This document shows, one piece after another, positions 53,508 to 64,000 of a stretch of DNA of 64,000 nt; positions within the stretch are counted from its first letter, which is position 1; every line of letters begins with the position of its first letter. Source of the stretch: Haliotis cracherodii. Its lineage: Eukaryota. The translations under genes were made by a program, and so were the position numbers. The stretch covers positions 41,540,001 to 41,604,000 of the forward strand of contig NW_027266319.1 in NCBI RefSeq assembly GCF_022045235.1, read 5' to 3'. Under the pieces are notes generated by a model. That model did not search any database and was not told where the DNA came from. It saw nothing but the letters and a program-made list of their open reading frames with translations.

Positions 53508-54266
53508 GGCGTTCCCGACCTGTTGCAACAGGGACCCACATCCGTTGTCCACTCCAAGTTCGAAGGTGACCTGTCCGAGTCCGTGTTTGTCCACTCCAAC
53601 CTACGGAGCGTTACTTACAACTCCGGAGGTCAAGGTTATTACGAGGCTCTCGCACGGCGCACTGATGGTGGGGAACGTGCTCCATCAGGAGCAACCAAGC
53701 CAGTGCCCGCACCGAGAACAACTATTCAGTCTCCGAGGCGGCTGTCGTCGGGGAACAACGACTACCTTGATTTGGAGGAGGATTCCCAACAGACCGATGG
53801 AACACAACCCAGTGTTAGCAATCCATACTTCGTCCTTGAACCCAGCGCAGAGACAAGCCCCGTGTTACCAGAGGCATCAAGTGTTGGTGTAGATGGGGAA
53901 TATATGAAGTTAGATGACGAGAACGGTCAGAATAGTGCAACGACTGGGAAAAGAGATGTGGGGAATGATGGATGCTGTAGCAAAACACCCCCGCTGGGAG
54001 GCAATGAAGTTCATGATTACCAAAAACTCAACAAGCCCAGCCTGGGCCAGATGGACTCTGTGAGTCACCGTGGGGATGACTATGAGTTTCCCTTGTCACC
54101 AGACGCAGGGTTTGACTTGGCCACGACCTACAAACAGAGCGAGGAAGACAGGAGAAGTACTTGTTCACCAGACTATCAGAGATTAACAGGACCTGCTATT
54201 CAGCAGCATCAACCAGACACAGGGGAGCCTGAGATAAAAAATGACTACTTCGTGCTGGAGAAGTAG
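53508..54266 (+). CDS. Orphan receptor, last exon: tyrosine-motif-rich cytoplasmic tail
   Basis: Acceptor gtttcag, phase 0, and a 252-aa open frame. It contains YEAL, YLDL, YFVL, YMKL, YQKL, YQRL and YFVL. Confidence 0.82.
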   Translation, partial: GVPDLLQQGPTSVVHSKFEGDLSESVFVHSNLRSVTYNSGGQGYYEALARRTDGGERAPSGATKPVPAPRTTIQSPRRLSSGNNDYLDLEEDSQQTDGTQPSVSNPYFVLEPSAETSPVLPEASSVGVDGEYMKLDDENGQNSATTGKRDVGNDGCCSKTPPLGGNEVHDYQKLNKPSLGQMDSVSHRGDDYEFPLSPDAGFDLATTYKQSEEDRRSTCSPDYQRLTGPAIQQHQPDTGEPEIKNDYFVLEK

Positions 54267-54400
54267 GGCGTGTCATTGCAGCCTATCAGTTGCAGTGTGC
54301 ATACATGGAACCTGACATGATGATATGTGATATTCGAGGGGCATCTGTGCCCATCTGCCGCGGTTGCGTATGTACCCAGAGCCTCTAAATCTAACATATA

Positions 54401-54578
54401 CAGTTAAACCTCCTTAGTCCGGACACCTGTTAATCTGGAATCTCAACCTTCCAGACGATTACGACCAGGAACACTTACATGTATATAAAGTGATTTTAAT
54501 CCGATACCTTATCCGCAAATGTGTTAATCCGACCGACTTCAGTGGAATAGCTACGTACGGATTGATAGTGTTTCACTG
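54401..54578. mobile_element. Tc1/pogo(Tigger)-like MITE
   Basis: TA|CAGTTAAACC ... TGTTTCACTG|TA, with internal TCCG(G)A repeats. Confidence 0.6.
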
Positions 54579-55615
54579 TACATGGTCGTGAGGTTTTCAT
54601 CAGCTATTGTCTGTGGTTGTCGTCACTGGTTATCCTTATGCCATTGTTTCCATATCAATGTATTAGTCATAGTTAAACCATTGCTCCTTTGTCTTTGACC
54701 GTGGTCTGATTAAACACCACTTGGCTTTTCTCCTCATCATTTATCTTGATGATAGAACAATTTCATGAAAAACGTTTGTCGCCAGCGGAATTCGAACCCA
54801 CGAAGTTCGCACTGAAGGTTACCGCTCATAGTCTTTTGCCGCGGCGACTTGAAAGAAATTGTTTGAAATCAACAACAAAATATCTATTTTCATCAGGACT
54901 AATTGCTTGTCCATTTATGAACTGCGAAATATGTGTTATGCAATTTTATGCAATGTCTCGTGACTGAACACTGTCCTGTATCTTTATTGACTGAAGCCAC
55001 TCCTCGGTACATGTTGACATATGTTGTATATTTGTATATAGTGCGGTATATATTGATGTAACAATGATGTGCCTCTAATGCCGCCGACAGCGGCCTGAGT
55101 GCACGTATTCAAGCGCCGTTCAAACACATCTAAATATGGTATTTTGTGGAAGTAAGTAAGCTAATCTTTTTGTTTCTGGAACATATTGTATATTTATTTA
55201 TAAATCTCATCATTTGTCCATTATCAATGTTTGTGTATAAATTTAGTTCCCACCATCATATTGTGTGGTTGATGTAAATATACAGTCATTATTTTGTCTG
55301 TTATTATTGTGTCATATATTCCGCTGTTTGTGTGTCTGTGAGCGCGTGAGTGAATGTGTTGTTCATACTGTCCGCCGTCATCGTGTGGATATGAATTGAT
55401 TATGATACTGTCCGCGATGTGCGTGTGTATGTGTGTGTGCGTGCGTGCGTGCGTGCGTACGGGTGTGTGTGTGTGTGTGTGATTTCTCATCATATTGTCC
55501 CAAGAAATAATTAAATAAGTGGAGTAAGATTGAACACAGTTTTAATTGGCTAGCGCTTTCAAATCGTACCACGTACAAGTCTCATGAGGCCATAACTGAA
55601 TAACGGACATATGTA

Positions 55616-57130
55616 TACTGAACCGCAAAAGTAACATTGCATGGAAAGTTGTCATTTAAATATCTGGGTACTTTTTGACAAAGTTTCTAAAATTTAACAT
55701 TACCTTGTCCGGAAAAATGAAATTTGATGGTAAAAAACAAAGCAGACAATAATAAAACCGATCGTCCAAACGCATCACAGCAACGGCCATGGTAACCCGA
55801 TGCACGTGAGTTCCGTGCAAATTGAAATGCACATGCGTTCCCCCATTTCATGCCCTATAAAAATCCGACCAGATCGGATAACATTCATTCGTTATTGAAT
55901 TGCTACCATATACAAAGATTGACAAGAAATCAGCGACACCAAGCCCTTGGACGATTGCAAGCTGGACAAACCGCCCGGCAAGTAGCCAATGCATTTCAAG
56001 TCCACGTAAGTACCATATACAGGCTCCAGCAACGGTACCAGACCACCAAAACTACAGAAGACCGACCACTGTCACCGCCGGACGTCAGGATCGTCAGATT
56101 GTGCGACAGCATCTTCAAGATCGCTTTGTTACTGCTGCGGAAACTGCTCGACAGACCATGGGGACACACAGGCGACACATTAGTGTGGACATCGTGCGTC
56201 GACGATTGACGAACAGACACCTCCACTGTCACAGGCCACACCGAGGACCCATTCTGACACCATGTCATCGCCGGGACCATCAAAAGTGGGCAACACAGCA
56301 CCAGCATTGGCGCCACCAGCAGTGGAGAAGAGTCATCTTCTCAGTCAAGCCGTTACTGTATCTCAACAGCAGATGGCAGAGGGAGAGTCTGGCAACACCG
56401 TGGAGAACGTTATTCGGATGCTTGTGTTGTTGAGAGCGACTCGTGGAGTGGTCCGAGCATCATGGTGTGGGATGGCATTGGTGTTGCACAGAGGGTCGGC
56501 CCTATGGTCTTCCAGAACATCGGTCAAGGGAGAGGCAATGGTGTCACAGCAGCTCGGTACATTGATCAAGTATTGAGACCACACGCCATACCTCATTTGG
56601 CATGTCGACGCAACCATGGGTTTCAATATGATAACGCCGGTGCCCAAACTGCGAGAGCAACAAGAGACTTCCTCCAACAGAATGGCCTCAGAACAATGCA
56701 GGGCAGGAGTGGCCTGCCTTCAGTCCTGATTTAAATCCCATTGAGCACCCGTGGGACGAGATTCAAAGACGGCTGAATGACGTCCGACCAAGGCCGACAA
56801 CTGCAGCTGAACTGCGTCAAGCGTTCCTCAGAGTGTGGGCTCAAGTGCCTATGGCCTTCATCAACCGTCTCATCCATTCCATGTATCAACGTTGCACGGC
56901 AGTCATCAATGCACATGGCGGACTCACGAGATACTGACTTGTGATGCCATTTCCTCACAGACTTGTGTTGTGTTTCAATTTAAGAACAGTTGACACTTTA
57001 ATTTCAACCTTGATTATCACTTTTTCTAAGTTTCATCTTTTTTATATGTCTCAAAGTATGTTTAGAGTGTTTAGACAAATAAGGTTTCTCATATATCTAT
57101 CCAGGGTGATGTTTGTTTTGTGTTTAAGTA
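55616..57130 (+). mobile_element. Tc1-like DNA transposon, decayed
   Basis: TA-flanked degenerate TIRs (TACTGAACCGCAAAAGTAACA / TGTTTGTTTTGTGTTTAAGTA) surround a frameshifted transposase. Confidence 0.85.
55909..56937 (+). pseudogene. Tc1 transposase pseudogene
   Basis: A paired-like HTH (ALGRLQAGQTARQVANAFQVHVSTIYRL), WRRVIFS, MVWDGI, FQYDNA, WPAFSPDLNPIEHPW and GGLTRY* are spread over several frames. The start codon is lost. Confidence 0.9.
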
Positions 57131-58611
57131 TATATCATACTGCCCACAAATATCGTATAGATATCAAATTAATATATTTTTCATCATATTGTCCCTGTAT
57201 ATATATCATACTGCCCACAAATATCGTATAGATTAAATTACTACATTTCACATTCTACTGTCCGCCATTGTTGTGTGTGTATATCACTCATCACACTGTC
57301 AGGTCCACTAGACGTATTCCGCCACCAACATACATACCACTGCACATCGGGTAGCACCCGAGCAGTCATGTTGATCACGGGCTACTGTTATACTTGAACC
57401 AGAGAATAACCTTTGATTTGTAGAAAAGACAGATATAATCACTCTGAAGTTAGACTTTCGGAAATGTCCACATGATCTCTCGCCATATTCGGGCACTGTG
57501 TACACGCCTGCTGGAGATGCTGCCAATTTCAGAGCTATCAATAGATTCCAGTATCTGAAACCATCACTACTGTTAGCATACAGTGACATGACCGTCAAGA
57601 TATTCGGAATCAGCGTCAGTGCAATAAATGACAACGTATTTTTCATGTTATGCGTTGTCGGTAGTTTCAGCAGTTCCTGATTAGTGGAGGGAATGAAGGG
57701 ATATTGACAGACGGGACTTAAATTGTTTGATAGATCTATACGAAACGTCGCTATCACAGTATTATAGAGAAGTTGTTATCCAGAAATGGTTTGTCTACTT
57801 TATCAGACGTGACAAAGTGATTAACATTCTTCATTCTTACAAAAAGTATGTAAATATTGATGAACATCACATATTAAACACCATTGTATATCATATACTG
57901 GTAAACATTTGTAAATATGCATTGCTGCGTTTTATAGAAAATAAAGTTTGATCGACACATTGTTCAAAACAAATTACTATCGTGCATTTACCTTCATTAT
58001 CAACGCAAACAAAGGGGGTAGCAGTTTAGCAATAATTGAACTATTGACAGGTTGAGCAGTAACGTGACAGCGAGTGGGAACAGCTGAGTGACACTTGTCG
58101 AGAAATTTAAACAACACTCTAGTATGATAAACAAATAAAAGTTTTCTCGCGTTTTTTAATTTCGTAACTGTTTCCCAGTCTTCAATTTCTAACTGTTTCA
58201 AACATAACATTATGTATTATTTAGTAAGGGAAATACTTTCAGACAGGTTTATCAACACAGACCTCCCACGAGTGTGATACCTATCTGCGGTAAATTAATC
58301 AGCAGAAATCGAGCAGTTTGAGAAATAAATGAGTTAAAGGAACATTTGATTACGATGATTAAAGAAAAGCGTTGATCGTGAGTACTGGACTCGTGTGAGA
58401 ACGTAGATATCTGCAAGTGCTTAACCCCCTTTACATTCCCCAAGTTTGTCAATGGTAACAGATCCATGCATATTTCACTAACTTAACACGGCGAAAAGAT
58501 TTCTCCACAAAAATCAAGTTTTTTTGTTATAATACCCCAATGACACAATGTCACAACAACATACTTCACTATGACTTTATTCATTTCATGTGACGCTCAG
58601 AACTTATCAAC

Positions 58612-61600
58612 GCATCACCAACTGCATCACTACCACACCAGACAACTGCATCACTACGACACCAGACAATTACATCACTACCACACCAGACAACTGCATC
58701 ACTACCATACCAGACAATCGCATCACTCTCACGTCACACAACTGCATCACTACCACACCAGACAACTGCATCACTACAGCACCAGAGAACTGCATCGCTA
58801 CGACACCAGACAATTACATCACTACCACACCAGACAACTGCACCACTACCACAAAGGACAACTGCATCACTACCACACCAGACAACTGCACCACTACCAC
58901 AAAGGACAACTGCATCACTACCACACCAGACCACTGCATCACTCTCACGCCAGACAACTGCGTCGCTACCACACCAGACAACTGCATCACTACAACAAAC
59001 AACTGCATCACTACCACACCAGACAAATGCATCACTACCACAAAGGACAACTGCATCACTACCACAAAGGACAACTGCATCACTCTCACACTGGGCTACT
59101 GCATCACTCTCAAACGGACAATTGCATCACTACAACACCAGACAACTGCATCACTACCACACCAGACAAGTGCATCACTACCACAAACGACAACTGCATC
59201 ACTACCACATAGGACAACTGCATCACTACCACACCAGACAACTGCATCACTACCACACCAGACAACTGCATCACTCTAACACCAGGCTACTGCATCACTA
59301 TCACACAGGACAATTGCATCACTACCACACCAGACAACTGCATCACTACAACACCATACAACTGCATCACTACTACACCAGACAAGTGCATCACTACCAC
59401 AAAGGACAACTGCATCAATACCACACAGGACAACTGCATCGCTACCATACCAGACAACTGCATCACTACCACACAGGAAAACTGCATCACTCTCAAACCA
59501 GACAACTGCATCACTACCACACCACACAACTGCATCACTACCACACCAGACAAGTGCATCACTACCACAAACGACAACTGCATCACTACCACATAGGACA
59601 ACTGCATCACTACCATACCAGACAACTGCATCACTACCACAAAGGACAACTGCATCACTACCACAAAGGACAATTGCATCACTACCACACCAGACAACTG
59701 CATCGCTACCACACAGGACAACTGCATCACTACCACAAAGGACAACTGCATCACTACCACACCAGACAACTGCATCACTACCACAAAGGACAACTGCATC
59801 ACTATCACACAGGACAATTGCATCACTACCACACCAGACAACTGCATCACTACAACACCATACAACTGCATCACTACTACACCAGACAATTGCATCACTA
59901 CCACAAAGGACAACTGAATCAATACCACACAGGACAACTGCATCGCTACCACACCAGACAACTGCATCACTACAACACCAGACAAGGGCATCACTACCCC
60001 ACCAGACAATTGCATCACTACCACAAAGGACAACTGCATCGCTACCACACCAGACAACTGCATCACTACCACGCCAGACAACTGCATCTCTACTACACCA
60101 GACAACTGCATCACTATCACAAAGGACAACTGCATCACTACCACACCAGACAACTGCATCACTACTACACCAGACAACTGCATCACTACCACGCCAGACA
60201 ACTGCATCGCTACCACACCAGACAACTGCATCACTATCACACAGGACAACTGCATCGCTATCACACCAGACAACTGCATCACTACCACACCAGACAACTG
60301 CATCACTACCACACCAGACAAATGCATCACTACCACAAAGGACAACTGCATCACTATCACACAGGACAATTGCATCACTACCACACCAGACAACTGCATC
60401 ACTACAACACCATACAACTGCATCACTACTACACCAGACAATTGCATCACTACCACAAAGGACAACTGAATCAATACCACACAGGACAACTGCATCGCTA
60501 CCACACCAGACAACTGCATCACTACCACACCAGACAAGGGCATCACTACCACACCAGACAAGGGCATCACTACCACACCAGACAATTGCATCACTACCAC
60601 AAAGGACAACTGCATCGCTACCACACTAGACAACTGCATCACTACCACGCCAGACAACTGCATCTCTACTACACCAGACAACTGCATCACTATCACACAG
60701 GACAACTGCATCACTACCACACCAAACAACTGCATCACTACCACACCAGACAACTGCATCACTACCACGCCAGACAACTGCATCGCTACCACACCAGACA
60801 ACTGCATCACTATCACACAGGACAACTGCATCGCTATCACACCAGACAACTGCATCACTACCACAAAGGACAACTGCATCACTACCACACCAGACAAATG
60901 CATCACTACCACAAAGGACAACTGCATCACTACCACACCAGACAACTGCATCACTCTAACACCAGGCTACTGCATCGCTACCACACCAGACAACTGCATC
61001 ACTACCACACCAGACAACTGCATCACTACCACACCAGACAACTGCATCACTCTAACACCAGGCTACTGCATCGCTACCACACCAGACAACTGAATCACTA
61101 CCACACCAGACAACTGCATCACTACTTCACCAGACAATTGCATCACTACCACACCAGACAACTGCATCACTATCACACAGGACAATTGCATCAATACCAC
61201 ACCAGACAACTGCATCACTACTACACCAGACAATTGCATCACTACCACAAAGGACAATTGCATCACTACCACACCAGACAAGTGCATCACTACCACAAAG
61301 GACAACTGCATCACTACCACACCAGACAATTGCATCACTACCACACCAGACAACTGCATCGCTACCACACAGGACAACTGCATCACTACCACAAAGGACA
61401 ACTGCATCACTACCACAAAGGACAACTGCATCACTACCACAAAGGACAACTACATCACTACCACAAAGGACAACTGCATCACTACCACAAAGGACAACTG
61501 CACCACTTCCACACCAGACAAATCCATCACTACCACACCGGACAACTGCATCACTACCACACCGGGCAACTGCACCACTACCACACCAGACAACTGCACC

Positions 61601-61940
61601 ACTACCACACCAGACAACTGCATCACTACCACACCAGACAACTGCATCACTGCCACACCAGACGACTGAATCACTACCACACCGGGCAACTGCACTACTA
61701 CCACAAAGGACAACTGCATCGCTACCACGCCAGACAACTGCATCACTACCACACCAGACAACTGCATCCCTTGGCACTTGGACCATGTGTATCTTCAATT
61801 AGGGATAGCAAACACGATATATAAACCGTTATAAATTTTGCATCACTACCACACCAGACAACTGCATCACTACCACACCAGACAACTGCACCACTACCAC
61901 ACCAGACAACTGCATCACTACCACACCAGACAACTGCATC
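58612..61940. repeat. 24-bp minisatellite (ACTGCATCACTACCACACCAGACA)n
   Basis: About 3.3 kb of tandem units. The right boundary is duplicated (~61768-61840 vs ~61940-62010). Confidence 0.95.
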
Positions 61941-64000
61941 CCTTGACACTTGGACCATGTGTATCTTCAATTAGGGATTACAAACACGATATATAAACCG
62001 TTATAAATTTGACTTTAAGAACCAAATTTGTCATGGTAACACTTTGGGGTGTTAGGTGTGGTGGTCACCCCCTTGATCCGCCACTGGCTTTGAGGCAAAA
62101 CATTTAACATAAAACATACGAAATTGACTTGGCTTTGTCGGCCCTCAAATTTCATTACTCGTTTCTAATATAGTGTCAGTAACATTGATAGCCTTTTAAC
62201 AGCGATAAATAGCATTCTTCTTACACACTAGAAACGGTTCCACTTAAAATTATCGCTTTCCAGGTAAATCAGAGAATGGAACCACACATGATGCATTGCA
62301 ACGCAAATTTTCCCACGTACAGGTAAATGGTAATCAACAGAGTTACCTGCCCATGTCAGGTAAGATGTCGCGTAAACACATGGCCGCCAGTTGACTCAGG
62401 ATAGGTGACAAAGTGGCAATGGCGGTTTGTTGAGCGTTCATGTAACTACTGAACCCAAGTGACCGATGTGCCTCAGCGTCCCGTCCCATTTCCTTACGTG
62501 GTGGTCGTAGTGGCGGTAGATTTATACAGAACGGTGCAGGGGCGACTTTGTTCCCATACAGCGAAGGGCACAGGACAGTCAGAGACAACGGAAATAGGTT
62601 GAGACGAGGTGAGGTCGCCGGTCACACTGTCAACCCTATTCCTCTATCCGCCATTGAGTGCCACTGATCTTCTACTGTGTAGCGGATTACTGTAGTTATT
62701 TTCAACAGAGAAAACTTGGAACAGTAAAGTTACTTTGAGGTAAGTCTTTTAGTGGTATCATTTTAAAAAAATGCCATTGTCTTTCTCAATAATATAATCG
62801 TCATAAATCGTTGTTATGATATTTTTTTTTCGATAATATTGTCCCAGTATATTTTTCCTGTCTTTGTACCAAAATAATGTACAAACTATATATGTTATTG
62901 TCTCAATGATGCTAACAGTAACATGATGTTCAAATCTCATTCTGTTGGCTTTTTTTGTTGTGTGAATATATTTACATAGGCCAAGGTTGATAAAAATATG
63001 TACATTGTCTTGTGGGGCAATATACACACTTATGACTGATGTTGAGATTTGTAATATCAATCGCATCTTGATCAATGCCCCAACCTTGAATGAGCATACA
63101 TACCACTCTGTAGTCTGTGCTATGCAGCTGGGTCATGTTCACGATTCTCGCAACAGATGTTTATCAAAATGTTTTCATACGTATACAATGTTTCTCCGAC
63201 CTACATATGTTTATTGTATTAACCTGTACAGTCAGTAAAAAGTGGTATTGTGTTGAAAACCAATACACCTCGGGAATAGTCTATTGATGCACATATACAA
63301 TCGCGCAACTAGGAAATACCAGTCCACCCCCGCGTGTGTGAGTCACCCTCGGTGAATAAGGTTATCTAATCGAAGTCACCAGTCAGATAATCCCCTTTTA
63401 AGTGCTGAACAATGTTGCGATAGTTTATGCCACAATATGTGTTTTGCTTGTGTGCTTGGTCGGTCATGCAGACAAGAGGTCAGGTTACGTAATTGGTCAA
63501 TGTAACCACTGGACCATAACAGTGAGACCAGGTGTGGCGTTTTCCCAGAACCAGTACACACACTTCAGACAGTCATTCAGCAATATACTGTTCAGACATT
63601 TGAATTGCTAAGAAATAATTAATACTTGCGTCCTCGTGGCTATTATGTCCTCAGAGCTGGGACAATTTATTACCATAAATAGGGATGTTGTTTGAACAGA
63701 TGGCTGATTAGTAGTACTGCTTCAGGAAGATATGTTACCATGAATACCAAGGGATGTATCTATTTCATCTCACAATGTGATAGGGATAAACAGTTATGTT
63801 AAATATATTTAATTATAAACTTAGCATATTATGAGAATCAGTTTAGTGTATAGTGGAAGGGTAAAAATACCAAAAGAGGTGTGGTATGTATTCTACGGAC
63901 ATCATGGCGAATGGAACAAATAAACAAACCAAATGTTCTTATCAATATCATTATACATGTACAGCGTAAAGATTTATGCATTCTTTTGAAATGGTCTATG

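Noticed and set aside
57308-57757. 149-aa - strand ORF
   Set aside because: It has a non-ATG start, no recognisable motif and no consistent splice partners.
62343-62660. GC-richer segment with a donor-like site on the - strand, possibly an exon of a neighbouring gene
   Set aside because: I could not build a consistent reading frame or exon chain inside the window.

Overview
This is repeat-rich invertebrate genomic DNA, probably molluscan (inferred from the SINE families). The main feature is a complete 14,862-bp Ginger-type DNA transposon at 2350-17211. It has TGT...ACA ends, a 5-bp TSD (CGCCC) and near-perfect 237-bp TIRs. Inward of the TIRs are inverted satellite arrays of a ~207-bp unit, about 9 copies on the left and about 22 on the right, and each unit carries three copies of the TIR motif. 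The element's single intact ORF encodes a DDE integrase, an SH3-like segment, an OTU protease with catalytic Cys/His, an acidic linker and an F-box-like motif. A decayed KRBA2/SCAND3-like (Ginger2) integrase lies nearby on the - strand. Two spliced, head-to-head genes for type I membrane proteins can be rebuilt by hand from splice sites and phases. One is a 102-aa mini-proteoglycan-like protein (- strand, 4 exons). The other is a 561-aa orphan receptor with a furin site and eight cytoplasmic YxxL motifs (+ strand, 10 exons). The rest is a frameshifted Tc1 element, MITEs, SINEs (several nested), a 70-bp TSD-flanked micro-retroposon present twice, many minisatellites and one assembly gap. Most ORFs in the supplied track are repeat artefacts.
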